Origin: a virus | Lineage: Duplodnaviria; Caudoviricetes | Virus record (IMG/VR): IMGVR_UViG_3300010163_000010 | Location: 32,001 to 96,000 of that record | DNA length: 64,000 bases | Reading direction: 5' to 3' (one strand) | In this document: in pieces, positions 19,615-29,555 of the stretch | How the letters are laid out: every line of letters begins with the position of its first letter | How positions within the stretch are numbered: the stretch's first letter is position 1 | The notes under the pieces: generated by a model | Database searches by the model: none | What the model was told of the DNA's origin: nothing | The model's input: the letters and a program-made list of their open reading frames with translations, nothing else | Position numbers and translations under genes: made by a program

Positions 19615-19641
19615 ATTTAGAGGAAGGAGCGTTAAAGGCTA

Positions 19642-20529
19642 ATGGCACGTCTTTTTAGTAAAGGCGACAAAGCTCGGGTCTACGATGAGCTGCGCGATTC
19701 CGCCGGTAATATCCTGGCCGCTGGTTCTGGACATCAGATCATTGGTGACGTAGAAGTCATCTATAGATCCACGCGGAATGGGAAGCCGATTTTTACCAAG
19801 ACCCATTATACGAATGATCTGTTGGTCACTGGTGCCGTGTTCTTGTCCGAGAAGGTTAATAACGTCCGGTCATCGTTCTTAACTACGCCGATCGATTATT
19901 CCCTTGGTATTCACAAGATCGAGGAGATCGAGCGTACGTCAAAGACTGTTCCGCAGGAGCATATCGTCGGCTTCTGCGTGGGCGTTGGTGGTACTGGCGG
20001 CACCTATAATACTGTGCATAAAGTGCATAAGACTGATCTCACCGTTCCCACAATGGTTCCGTTCCGTGTAGTTAAGCTGGATCGAGATTTGCAGGCACAA
20101 GAGCGCCGGCGTTATCTTCTGCGGATTGTAAAGGGTGATTATGCCTATTACTACGGCAAACGGTTCAGCGTTGATCGTGAGATCAATGTCCTCTATGAGG
20201 ATGGAACAGTTGTACCTGTCGATGTGAATCTCATTGGAGATACTAACAAGAAGTTTATCAAGACGTTCACCAAATACACCTGCACGATCGATGAGACTGA
20301 TATCAGAGAGTATTTCAAGGTAACGGAAGGCTCAACACAACATTCTTTGGTGAACTCTATCGGTCTGCTCACCGGGTATCTCGGGAGAGCTGGTGACTCC
20401 GATGAGAAGAAAGATAACTTCGATGAGGTTTACAATGCACGGATGATGACCACGCTGAATACTGAGAACGGTGAGCTGAAGGATTCACAGTCTACGATCA
20501 AATATAACTATCGGCTGTATTTTGTGTAA
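19642..20529 (+). CDS. Probable virion structural protein
   Basis: 295 aa, beta-rich, GFCVGVGG; co-operonic with the baseplate-like gene. Confidence 0.45.
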   Translation: MARLFSKGDKARVYDELRDSAGNILAAGSGHQIIGDVEVIYRSTRNGKPIFTKTHYTNDLLVTGAVFLSEKVNNVRSSFLTTPIDYSLGIHKIEEIERTSKTVPQEHIVGFCVGVGGTGGTYNTVHKVHKTDLTVPTMVPFRVVKLDRDLQAQERRRYLLRIVKGDYAYYYGKRFSVDREINVLYEDGTVVPVDVNLIGDTNKKFIKTFTKYTCTIDETDIREYFKVTEGSTQHSLVNSIGLLTGYLGRAGDSDEKKDNFDEVYNARMMTTLNTENGELKDSQSTIKYNYRLYFV

Positions 20530-20548
20530 GTCTTGGGAGTGATACATT

Positions 20549-21775
20549 ATGGGAAGAATGTTAACTCCTGAGCAGCAAGCAGAAGCTTTTGCGATAATGA
20601 AGGATCCTAAGAATATCGATGTCCATGTTCTCAGTGCGTTGTTTGCTTATCACAAAAAGAGTGGCATCAAGTTCAGTGTTGAGGACGGGATAGTTATCGG
20701 CCCCAACGAGTCGCCGTTTGTGAAGCCCAATACTGTGACGACACTTGGGATCTATATCGCAAATAAGTACCTGCTTGAAGATCTTGGTATCTTCGGATAC
20801 ATAAATAAGAACATCAACGGGAAACTGCAAGAGAAGATCGATAATGCAATGGGAAAAGCCTGTCAGGCTCGAGAAATTACTCCTGAACAGTATGCTAACT
20901 ACATCGACCGAGGTCAGTGGCTGTATGGTGGTCCCTTTGGGTTTATCTCTGGTGTCTCGTTGTCTCATACAATTATGGAACTGCCTCCCGCGGCAAAGAA
21001 ACAGCGTAAGCAATTGATCGAAGAGAATCAAGATGCGATCGCGGCCAACGATGCCCAGGCTGTTCGTAATATGGAGCTCAAGATTGTTGATACCGCACTG
21101 AATGAGATGCGCAAGAAGGATGATCCGGCTATGGCGCTCTTTGATTCCGGATGCGGCATCGATCCTAAGAACCAGTACAAGACGATTTTTGTCATGAAGG
21201 GAGCCGTACAGGATAATACAGGAGAATCTCCTACTGGATATAAAGTCATCACTTCAAACTATGACGAAGGAATTACCAAAGAGGACATGCCTAAGATTGC
21301 TGATACTGTAGTAAGCAGTGCGTATTCTACTGGAGTATCCACGCAGGATTCTGGAACTAATGGTAAGAAGTACAACGCTTTGTTCCAGCGGGTGAGACTT
21401 CGGGAGCGTGGATCTGATTGTGGCACTAAGGATACTATTGATGTTACCATAACAGCAGATAATGCTGATAATTATATCTATCGCAATATCCTTGAAGGAT
21501 CGAAACTTGTCATGCTGATGCCGGATACGATTGGCAATTACATCGGAAAAACGGTGCATATGCGAACTGGTATTCATTGTAAGTGTCCTGATCCGGAGTA
21601 CTGTTCTGCTTGTATTGGTGATAGGCCGTATCGCGTTGGAATCCGTAATATCGGGTATGCATTTATGTCAATCTCCGGCTCTACTCTTAATGCATCGATG
21701 AAGAAAAAGCACGATATTTCAATAAAGACATATAAGGTCACGCTGCATGATATGCTTAAATACGTTGACCAGTGA
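20549..21775 (+). CDS. rpoC: Phage RNA polymerase beta' subunit, bridge-helix/trigger-loop piece
   Basis: SNYDEG (cf. SNFREG), TQDSGT..KK (cf. TANSGYLTRR), SDCGT, RTGIHC..YCSACIG (cf. RS..C..GVC..CYG), NIG, SMKKKH (cf. TMRTFH). Confidence 0.88.
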   Translation: MGRMLTPEQQAEAFAIMKDPKNIDVHVLSALFAYHKKSGIKFSVEDGIVIGPNESPFVKPNTVTTLGIYIANKYLLEDLGIFGYINKNINGKLQEKIDNAMGKACQAREITPEQYANYIDRGQWLYGGPFGFISGVSLSHTIMELPPAAKKQRKQLIEENQDAIAANDAQAVRNMELKIVDTALNEMRKKDDPAMALFDSGCGIDPKNQYKTIFVMKGAVQDNTGESPTGYKVITSNYDEGITKEDMPKIADTVVSSAYSTGVSTQDSGTNGKKYNALFQRVRLRERGSDCGTKDTIDVTITADNADNYIYRNILEGSKLVMLMPDTIGNYIGKTVHMRTGIHCKCPDPEYCSACIGDRPYRVGIRNIGYAFMSISGSTLNASMKKKHDISIKTYKVTLHDMLKYVDQ

Positions 21776-21797
21776 AGTTTTGGAGGTGTATTAACAA

Positions 21798-22415
21798 ATG
21801 ATACCTGATATTAACGAGCAGTACGCTTTTCGTACTGAGGTAAGTATTAGTAATGGCGAAGAGCGTATGGCCAAGTTCTACCGCAACGAAGATCTGAACT
21901 ACATGCGTAAGAAGCTGAACGCCAGCCGCAATCGCAGCAGCCGTGAGTTGGGTTATATGGGCAACCGGTGTTACGAGGCGGCTCGGACTCTTGTGGAATC
22001 GCTCGAGACCATTTATCGGCTTGAGGATTCTCAGCAGTTTGAGTTCATTACGACCGATACTGTTCTTGCGATTCCTAACGACACCAACTTCGCGGAAGCT
22101 GTTTTGACAACATCTGGGTACGTCCTTGCGCATGTTGAGCACATGGGAATTAAAGCGGAATCGATATTTCCGTACGACATTACCATTGCATTTACGCAGC
22201 AGGGTGGCCCTGAGAATGATGTCTATACACTACATTTTCAGTTCTATGATAAACAGATTGCTGATAACGACGGAACAAAAGTTAGCACGGTGAATGCTAA
22301 ACAAACCATTAAGGGCGCTATCCCGGCTCCTAGCGCTATTGGAATGAGCTTTATGCGTGCATATCAGCAAGCTCAAGCAAATACCCCAGGACATTATTTC
22401 CATACGGGCGATTAA
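21798..22415 (+). CDS. Hypothetical protein
   Basis: 205-aa ORF, GGAGGTG RBS. Confidence 0.8.
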   Translation: MIPDINEQYAFRTEVSISNGEERMAKFYRNEDLNYMRKKLNASRNRSSRELGYMGNRCYEAARTLVESLETIYRLEDSQQFEFITTDTVLAIPNDTNFAEAVLTTSGYVLAHVEHMGIKAESIFPYDITIAFTQQGGPENDVYTLHFQFYDKQIADNDGTKVSTVNAKQTIKGAIPAPSAIGMSFMRAYQQAQANTPGHYFHTGD

Positions 22416-22429
22416 AGCAGGTGTGATAA

Positions 22430-22933
22430 ATGACTGGTGCATCTATTGGTCAGGCCATATGGGTAATCCATAATGGCGCTACAACTACCGCTACATTGGG
22501 AACCCTGTATGCGGAGTATGTTGCTGGCCGCATTGGTCAGTATCAAATATACTATGTAGACCCGCAGTCAATCGAGGATTCCCGTAAAGAGAAGATCCTG
22601 AAACCTCTGGTAGGCGCCATGAGTATAACTGACGTTCAAAATCAAGGCATTCATCAAAAGGTAACAGTTACTTCTGAGGATGAGTTGTCGGTAACCCTAG
22701 GCGCTACTGGAGCATTACTGGATTTTGCTGATTTTGATCCACCTCATATAACAGTGAACTACCCATCGAATACCAAGCATTATGTAACTGCGCTTAGATC
22801 TCTTGGTGGTCCTCCAGGTGATACCATCTTTGTGCGCAAAGTTACCGGGTATCGTATGACTGGTTCCTGTAATGTGATCACACTTCCGGTTCCAAATATG
22901 ATTGCTGATTCAGGCTTTGTAATTATGGCTTGA
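22430..22933 (+). CDS. Hypothetical protein
   Basis: 167-aa ORF, AGGTG RBS. Confidence 0.7.
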   Translation: MTGASIGQAIWVIHNGATTTATLGTLYAEYVAGRIGQYQIYYVDPQSIEDSRKEKILKPLVGAMSITDVQNQGIHQKVTVTSEDELSVTLGATGALLDFADFDPPHITVNYPSNTKHYVTALRSLGGPPGDTIFVRKVTGYRMTGSCNVITLPVPNMIADSGFVIMA

Positions 22934-23173
22934 TACACAGCATAATATATGTATAAACGGGAGTTCATGGATGCGATGATACCTTGCATATTGGCTATTG
23001 CTGGTCATCCTAGGTAAGACCGTTGTTGTAATCTGGCCAAATTACGACAGGCAACATGCTGATTGCTGCGTGGACTCTATATCGGTGATCCCGTTAATAA
23101 AATATCTGATCTTTTCCATTTGGCAGAAACAGCTCATGCTCATACAATTTAATACAGTGTCCTTCTTCTTTGG

Positions 23174-23407
23174 TACACAGGCGTGTAACTGAAAGCGGTT
23201 GGGAAGCGGCATTAACAATGCTTGGCGGCAACGAGTGCCGCTTCCCACATTATATCCAGACTTGTCCATGCGGGACCACGAGGCTCATAACCTGAAGTCT
23301 GGGCGCCTCTGTCGTTTTGCCAGCGGCAGTGTCACTTCCTCCTCTTTATACCGTGGCGGCTAGATGGATTTCAGGTTGGCCTCCGGGTTTGGACATGCCC
23401 GGAGGCC
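23174..23407. ncRNA. Candidate structured non-coding RNA
   Basis: Consecutive hairpins including a 13-bp stem 23200-23212/23235-23247, a three-way junction 23256-23302 and a 10-bp stem GGCCTCCGGG/CCCGGAGGCC, in a 510-bp gene-free gap. Confidence 0.4.
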
Positions 23408-23446
23408 GATCTAATTTCCGTCCCACAAGGAAATCAAAGGAGTAAT

Positions 23447-24106
23447 ATGATGAGTAAGATTAAAGAGTGGTTCATCAAGTTTATGAACAAACTTGGGTTC
23501 TACACTGATAAGCAGGTACTTGAACGTTGCATCGATAATAATAGCAACTATGAGAAAATTATCGATACCATGAAGGGCGATATGGCCAAGCTGAAAGAAG
23601 AGGTTCATCAGCTCAGCATTCAGAATTTGGACCTCAATATGCAGAACAAACGGCTGGTGGATGCGCCGTTCGAAAATCAGGAGTACATAAAAGACCTCCA
23701 AACACAGCTTGGGGACATACTTCATGTTTCCCCATGTTTTGAATTTTCGAATGACATGGCTATCCCTGGATCTACATGCATCGTTACCGGCATTGAGGAT
23801 GATCCGCAGGGAGATGAGCGTTTCACAGTCGTAAGAGGACGGACCGTATTAACTGACGATATGACTCCGCTTATCGATCAGACTAAGAGCATTGAAGATC
23901 GCATGTCTCTGCTTATGGACTATATGAAACGGTGGGGTTTGTGTGATCGAATTGTGCGTGATCTGATGAGTTACGGGGCACTGTCAGTTAGTTTGGCGTA
24001 CAACAAAAACTGTACGGCATATGAGATGTATTATCAACTGTCGGCAGTCAGAATCACTGGTTCTGCGACATTCACGATTAATGATAGCGTGAAGTACGAA
24101 AACTAA
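23447..24106 (+). CDS. Hypothetical coiled-coil protein
   Basis: 219-aa ORF, AAAGGAG RBS. Confidence 0.8.
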   Translation: MMSKIKEWFIKFMNKLGFYTDKQVLERCIDNNSNYEKIIDTMKGDMAKLKEEVHQLSIQNLDLNMQNKRLVDAPFENQEYIKDLQTQLGDILHVSPCFEFSNDMAIPGSTCIVTGIEDDPQGDERFTVVRGRTVLTDDMTPLIDQTKSIEDRMSLLMDYMKRWGLCDRIVRDLMSYGALSVSLAYNKNCTAYEMYYQLSAVRITGSATFTINDSVKYEN

Positions 24107-24120
24107 ACGGAGAATATACA

Positions 24121-24150
24121 GGGGAGGCCATATGGCCTCCCCGTTGCTTT
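24121..24150. terminator. Terminator between convergent genes
   Basis: GGGGAGGCCA/TGGCCTCCCC stem. Confidence 0.7.
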
Positions 24151-24623
24151 TACTCTTCGGTATTGTTTATTTCCGTGGACTCATCGGTCTCATAGTCAAG
24201 GACCGCCATCTCTGCCTGAGGATCAGGAATATCGATCCCGAGATTCCCTTCGACATAATCCTCAGCGTCAATGGCTCCTCCAATCATCTCGAAGAGCTTG
24301 GACGCAGCCTCGGCCAACTGCTTGGAGCGATTGGCGTCGATAACACCCTCGCTGATGCAGTATATTGCGATCGATGCAATCTCCAGAATGGCGAAGACGA
24401 TAATTGCAGTGGTGTTGTTGCTGCATCCGATCATTCCGCAGATACCAACGATGCATCCGGCCGCCGACATCCAGAACTTGCGGGACTTGATTTTCTCCTT
24501 CCAGTTCGGCCTGGTTGTCTGGGTTTCCACCAGAGTGCTGGCCAATCGGATGAGCTCATCGGTGTTATCCGCAAGCATCGTCAGTTGTTCCTGTGTCAAA
24601 GTATTGGTCTGCTGATCCTCCAT
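24150..24623 (-). CDS. Holin
   Basis: NWKEKIKSRKFW followed by two hydrophobic helices and Y.I.EG.ID, a pattern typical of Bacillota phage holins. Confidence 0.75.
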   Translation of the reverse strand: MEDQQTNTLTQEQLTMLADNTDELIRLASTLVETQTTRPNWKEKIKSRKFWMSAAGCIVGICGMIGCSNNTTAIIVFAILEIASIAIYCISEGVIDANRSKQLAEAASKLFEMIGGAIDAEDYVEGNLGIDIPDPQAEMAVLDYETDESTEINNTEE

Positions 24624-25047
24624 TGTTTATTTCCTCCTCTGTTACAATGGTATTTGGTGGTTCTGGTATGTTAAAAGTAGGCTCAGGCGTACTCATACCA
24701 CGAGTTGGATTGGGGTTGTCTCGAATCGTTTTAGCCCACGGGAAGTCATTATATTTGAACACGTTTTCGATCGTCTTAGTGATGAGGTAGAATCCGATCT
24801 GACCGATGATAATCGTACAGACGTTGCTAGACAAAGTCTCGGCGATAGCAATCTTATCCATGAACGCCAGTATGTAAGAACACCAGATCCAGAGAACACC
24901 GTTGATGGTATAGATCCAGATAAGCTGCTTAGATGTACTATTGAGAGAATATGCCAAGCGCTGTTTGAACGTTATCACCTTAGCCGCAGATATCTCTTCT
25001 CTTTTTTCTTCCCGTGATTTGAATAGCTTGATCTTCATGGGAATCAC
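24565..25047 (-). CDS. Two-TM membrane protein (holin-like)
   Basis: Two hydrophobic segments (LIWIYTINGVLWIWCSYILA; VCTIIIGQIGFYLI); adjacent to the holin. Confidence 0.6.
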   Translation of the reverse strand: MIPMKIKLFKSREEKREEISAAKVITFKQRLAYSLNSTSKQLIWIYTINGVLWIWCSYILAFMDKIAIAETLSSNVCTIIIGQIGFYLITKTIENVFKYNDFPWAKTIRDNPNPTRGMSTPEPTFNIPEPPNTIVTEEEINNGGSADQYFDTGTTDDACG

Positions 25048-27209
25048 TGACTTTCTGTATAGTATTGAGGCGCCCTATTCGTATCGAGAGGTTCTTGCTT
25101 GATAATGGTAAACTGAATAATGTCTCCGATCGCAAGGTCGAATCCAGCATGGAACCTGATGCCTTCATTACACGTATTGTAATCAAGCTCTTCGCGAAGA
25201 ACGGTTTGTCCGTAGTTTACCAGAAGTTTATCAAGACCGAAGACATAATCAGGCACAGTAATCGTAAGTTCTGTACCGGGAGCAAGTGGTGCCGCCGGTT
25301 GATGTTCATATACAAACAGCTTGGTAACAACATTGCCGATACGTGCTTTAACTGCATTGATCTGATCGTTGAGATATGTTTCAAGGTCAGCAACTCCACA
25401 CTGAGTAGATGCAATCCATTCAAACTTGCTGGTAGCGTTTCCGCTGTTGCCCACATAGATGAATTTCTCATCCGCGTGCATCCAGATATCGCCAATGACC
25501 GTATAGTTACCAGTTGCAGGGTCGACATTGGGAGGCTCGATAGGCCGGACATGAATCATTGTAGGTGTGATTCCAAGATTATGTTCAATAGCAACCTCTG
25601 GAATATATGTTGATCCATCCCATGCAGTAAGAGGAGCACCACCGATAAAGTTGCTTTCGCCTTTGTGTTCGATGTACGTCGGATACCTCTTGGTTATATC
25701 GATCTGGCTATGGCTCAATGAGAACCAAGTGTGCATGGCCTCATTGTACACAAGCCAGATATACGATCCAGCTACATAGCCGCCACGAACAGGAGAACCG
25801 AAACAGTCGGCAATAGGCTCAGCAGGTCCATCGATGCATTTGGCAGTTGGTGCGGTTTCCAGGTCGTATTTTAACTTTACCAGTAAGCAGTAATGATCGC
25901 ACAGCTGATCGTATGTGATATCGAGATGAATATGTTGTCCAGATGTTCCCGTAGCATCAATGACGTTGAAGTTAGGGACATCCATCATGGCGCCTTGGAG
26001 GATCGTGAAATACAGATGATCGCCTTTGTTAAGTTCTGTTGTAAGCAGAACTACAGCGCCCATGACGTCAATGTCATAATCGACATCGTACACCAGCATA
26101 TGATTATCTCGAATGACTGTGAGTTCATCCCGTCGTTTATTGTAGTTTGGAACCGGAATAACGGTTGTATGATCGCGATCGGCCTCATATTCCTCATGAA
26201 GAACCTTCAGCGCATACCTGTAGTTACCAGTAGCTCCAAAGTTATTAGGAACAATCGATCCGTTGGATTCAATGAATTCTGTTACCTTCCAGACTATAAC
26301 TTCTCCCGCGGTGAGAGGGAACTTGAACTTAATGACTTTCTCATCATCACTCAATGTATAGTCCAGGTTGTTTCGAAGTATCGTTTGGCCGTAGTTGATT
26401 TCGTATGATTGTGCACCAATAGCTGCAACAGGGACATCCAGTTCATCGGTATCTTTCTCAACGGTTACTTTGTATTCCTTGGTTTCGAGATCATACTTTA
26501 AGGTTCCTCTCTTGGCAGTGGTAATATACGAGGTAATCTTGAAGAAGATGATTTCGCCTTCCATGAAACTGATACCATTGAGGAATCTGATACCGCCTTT
26601 AACGCTGGGCACATAGTCATAATCAATCCCGAATCTGAAGATGGTTTGCCCGTAGTTAATCGTGATCTTATCGATGTTGTGGTCAAATCCTGGAACGTCG
26701 ATAACATACTGGCCATTGTATAGGATCTCGTAAGCATACTCCCGCTCGACAGGAAGAACCACTTTTGTCACATCACTGTATATATCGCTGCTGAGCAGTA
26801 TCCAAGAGTCAAGCTTTTCGCCATAGACCATGAACATAGTAGTTCCCGGCTTCTGACCACCAGGGATTCTGTCACCAGAACCGCTAATGATAGGTTTCGG
26901 GCCGCTGTTGTTGAAGTCGAGAGTAGGTTCACACTCCACGTTAGTGTGAACAGTCAACAACAGGGGAAACCCATCACAAAGTACCTTATCGTGGATATGT
27001 GCTTCAAGGTGCCTGTAAGTTCCGTAGCTGCGAGTGTGATTCAGATGACGCAGCGGACTGGCGACATGCTTATCGTATTGGTGCAAATAGTCTTCAAGCA
27101 CTCCGCCGTTATCGCGCCTTAGAATGTTACTTGTAACTGTTTGCGGAAACATTGTATCCCAAATTTTACGCTTTACATTCCATTGGCGCATGCGGATATA
27201 CCTATTCAT
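25044..27209 (-). CDS. Virion tail/baseplate-associated protein with repeated NYGQT..R..DY beta domains
   Basis: Three INYGQT/VNYGQT repeats plus one degenerate copy; late-type promoter upstream. Confidence 0.6.
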   Translation of the reverse strand: MNRYIRMRQWNVKRKIWDTMFPQTVTSNILRRDNGGVLEDYLHQYDKHVASPLRHLNHTRSYGTYRHLEAHIHDKVLCDGFPLLLTVHTNVECEPTLDFNNSGPKPIISGSGDRIPGGQKPGTTMFMVYGEKLDSWILLSSDIYSDVTKVVLPVEREYAYEILYNGQYVIDVPGFDHNIDKITINYGQTIFRFGIDYDYVPSVKGGIRFLNGISFMEGEIIFFKITSYITTAKRGTLKYDLETKEYKVTVEKDTDELDVPVAAIGAQSYEINYGQTILRNNLDYTLSDDEKVIKFKFPLTAGEVIVWKVTEFIESNGSIVPNNFGATGNYRYALKVLHEEYEADRDHTTVIPVPNYNKRRDELTVIRDNHMLVYDVDYDIDVMGAVVLLTTELNKGDHLYFTILQGAMMDVPNFNVIDATGTSGQHIHLDITYDQLCDHYCLLVKLKYDLETAPTAKCIDGPAEPIADCFGSPVRGGYVAGSYIWLVYNEAMHTWFSLSHSQIDITKRYPTYIEHKGESNFIGGAPLTAWDGSTYIPEVAIEHNLGITPTMIHVRPIEPPNVDPATGNYTVIGDIWMHADEKFIYVGNSGNATSKFEWIASTQCGVADLETYLNDQINAVKARIGNVVTKLFVYEHQPAAPLAPGTELTITVPDYVFGLDKLLVNYGQTVLREELDYNTCNEGIRFHAGFDLAIGDIIQFTIIKQEPLDTNRAPQYYTESQ

Positions 27210-27230
27210 GGATAACAGACCTCCTTTCTT

Positions 27231-27242
27231 TATATGGTTGTT
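27231..27242 (-). promoter_or_regulatory. Putative late-type promoter AACA-N6-TA
   Basis: AACAACCATATA just upstream of the AAAGGAGG RBS. Confidence 0.6.
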
Positions 27243-27252
27243 TCAGATAGAC

Positions 27253-27363
27253 GGAACCCACCGTGATGCATTGGAGTTGGAGGAGCAAATATAAAGCCAT
27301 ATATACCATGCTCATCAACTATAAAAATTTCATCAGTATCAAACCCATAGTCCTCCGCCGGCG
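27253..27363 (-). repeat. Dispersed in-frame variable cassette B (111 bp)
   Basis: Reads SPAEDYGFDTDEIFIVDEHGIYGFIFAPPTPMHHGGFR; shares the palindromic CGCCGGCG with cassette B'. Confidence 0.8.
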
Positions 27364-27460
27364 ACAATTACGGAATATAGTGCAGTTATTGCTATATGTG
27401 CAGGGATAAGTAACTATTACACATATGTAAATAACCCGCCAACTGCACCTGGTGGGTTCC
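27356..27460 (+). repeat. Dispersed in-frame variable cassette B' (105 bp)
   Basis: Reads PPATITEYSAVIAICAGISNYYTYVNNPPTAPGGFR*. Confidence 0.8.
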
Positions 27461-27470
27461 GTTAAAGAAA

Positions 27471-27496
27471 TAAAAGCGGGGCCATCAGGCCCCGCA
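27471..27496 (-). terminator. Terminator of the tail-fibre gene
   Basis: GCGGGGCC/GGCCCCGC stem with T run on the minus strand. Confidence 0.7.
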
Positions 27497-27507
27497 GTAT
27501 GTTTTTC

Positions 27508-29526
27508 TTAGCCCACCGGAGTCTCGGTAGTCTCAACCGGTACCAGTACCAGCTGGCCAACCTGGGGATCGGTGACGTCGGACAGGCTGTTCACAATCAG
27601 AGGCACACGCAGTGCCAGCTCGTTGAACGTAGTCTGATCGACGTAAGTGCTGTCCAGCTCGGCCAGCGTCTTGCCGCCAACACTGGTAGCATCACCGGCG
27701 ATATTCACATGCAGCTTTTCGTCGTCGGCAATCTTGACGATCTTGCCAGCCACGTCGGTGTTGCTGTCGCTGGGAATGCCGTCATCGGTCAGCAGGTCGC
27801 CGCCGATAGCATCAGTGATACCGTAGCCAGCCAGAGTAGTCGGAGTATTGTCGATGCTGCTCCAGTCGACGTATTTGCCGGTCTTCAGGTATACGGTTGC
27901 ATACTCGGTAACGGCGCCGTCGGGAGTGTCAGGATCAGTCTTGGTAACAATCCATACACCATGGACCTGGCCGGCATTAGCAGGATCATACTCGATGACC
28001 ACATCACCCGGGTTGACCATGGTGTTCGTAACCCAGGTAGAGGGAGCATCGGTAGTCTCCTTGGTAACAGCCTTGGTGATATCGGAGGAGAGGTTGTCCT
28101 TGGAGATGATGCCCTTCAGCTTGCTGACATCAAGCTCCGTGATGCCGCTGCCGCCCTTGAGCGCAGCAATGTCACCCAGAACCGTATCGGCTGTATCGGC
28201 ATCGCCCAGAGTAGTCTGAATATTGGTGACCTTCTCAACCAGGCCGGCAACCGCTGCGGTGCCTGTATCAGGATCAGCCGGCTTGCCGTTCAGAATCTGG
28301 TCGATCGCGGTCTTGTGCTCATCAAACGTGGTGCTGTCGACGGCATCGGTAATACCATAGCCGACCAGAGTAGTGGGCTTATTGGTAACGCCGGACCACG
28401 CAACAGCGGAGGCCTCGCCGGCGGTATAGGGCAGGTACGCATCTTTCCAGTCGGAGGTACCAAGCTTGGTCTCGTCGACCACATAGTACATCATACCGGC
28501 CTTGGTGATATTGCCCTCGCCGTCGGTCTCATCAGCGATCTTAACAGTATCACCCTTCTGTACCTGAGTAGTGGTCAGGCCAGCCAGATCGGCCTCAGAT
28601 GTGATGACATGCATCTCAGACAGGGCCGCCTTGGGCACAACGGCCACGTCAAGGATGCCGGTCTTGATCCAGGAGGCGTCAGAATTCTTCAGGTCGTTCT
28701 GGAGGGTGGCGATATCCTTCTTGATAGTGCCGTCTGTGTCGGCATCGCCGATAGTGTCATTGATAGCATCGATATCAGTCTTCAGCGCCAGGTCAGCCAG
28801 CTTCTTGCCGCCGACAGAGCCAGCGTCGCCGGTGATATCGAAGTCCAGTTTGCCGTCGGCATTGGTCTGGGTAATCTTACCAGCCGCAGTCCAGTCCTCG
28901 GCGTCGCCGGCATTCTTGGCACCATGATCAACGATGGAGGCGGAGCCAACCGCATCGGTGATGCCATAACCGGCCAGAGTAGTCGGAGTATTGACGATAC
29001 GATCCCACTTAACGTCAGAGGCAGCATCAGTCAGCGCGGCAAACTCCACTGTGGGAGGGTCACCCTCGGCAGCACCGGCAGTGACATTCTTGACCACATG
29101 GGTGGATACGACATTGCCCTCGCTGTCTTTGATCTGAACGATGTCGCCGATGTGCACGGAGGCCTTGTCCACAGCATCCAGAGAGGCAGCATCGACCACC
29201 TTACCGCCCACATCGTCAGGCAGGTTGCTGCGATCGATTACGCCGGTGATCTTGGACGCCTCAACCTCGGTAACACCGGAGCCGTCCTCCAGCTTCGGCA
29301 GAACCTCATGGTCGATTGTGGCAACGCGGTTGATGAGGGAAATCAGCAGATCGGAGACGTTATCGCCGGCCTCAAGAACGGTACCGAAGCCGAACGGTTT
29401 GGTCTCGAGCTTTTCGATAGTGGAGGCTTTGCCCAGGCCCACGATGTCCGCAGACGTGCCGAGATAGATAGAGTCCCAATCGGTGCCATTGAATCGCCGA
29501 ATCGTAGATTTCAGAATAGTAGCCAT
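27508..29526 (-). CDS. Tail fibre-like protein
   Basis: Three W..[IV].N[TK]PTTL.GYGITDA tail-fibre repeats; two I.GDA.SVGGK.LA.L repeats; strong codon bias. Confidence 0.8.
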   Translation of the reverse strand: MATILKSTIRRFNGTDWDSIYLGTSADIVGLGKASTIEKLETKPFGFGTVLEAGDNVSDLLISLINRVATIDHEVLPKLEDGSGVTEVEASKITGVIDRSNLPDDVGGKVVDAASLDAVDKASVHIGDIVQIKDSEGNVVSTHVVKNVTAGAAEGDPPTVEFAALTDAASDVKWDRIVNTPTTLAGYGITDAVGSASIVDHGAKNAGDAEDWTAAGKITQTNADGKLDFDITGDAGSVGGKKLADLALKTDIDAINDTIGDADTDGTIKKDIATLQNDLKNSDASWIKTGILDVAVVPKAALSEMHVITSEADLAGLTTTQVQKGDTVKIADETDGEGNITKAGMMYYVVDETKLGTSDWKDAYLPYTAGEASAVAWSGVTNKPTTLVGYGITDAVDSTTFDEHKTAIDQILNGKPADPDTGTAAVAGLVEKVTNIQTTLGDADTADTVLGDIAALKGGSGITELDVSKLKGIISKDNLSSDITKAVTKETTDAPSTWVTNTMVNPGDVVIEYDPANAGQVHGVWIVTKTDPDTPDGAVTEYATVYLKTGKYVDWSSIDNTPTTLAGYGITDAIGGDLLTDDGIPSDSNTDVAGKIVKIADDEKLHVNIAGDATSVGGKTLAELDSTYVDQTTFNELALRVPLIVNSLSDVTDPQVGQLVLVPVETTETPVG

Positions 29527-29555
29527 AATTTTAAGTCACTCCTTTATCAAATAGA

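Noticed and set aside
23270-23310. tRNA-Met gene
   Set aside because: Only the anticodon loop matches; no D arm, TTC T-loop or acceptor stem.
28474-28484. TCGCCGGCGG inside the tail-fibre gene (also CGCCGGCG near 8890)
   Set aside because: No GTGGGTTCC partner at about 100 bp, read in a different frame, and expected by chance in GC-rich coding sequence.
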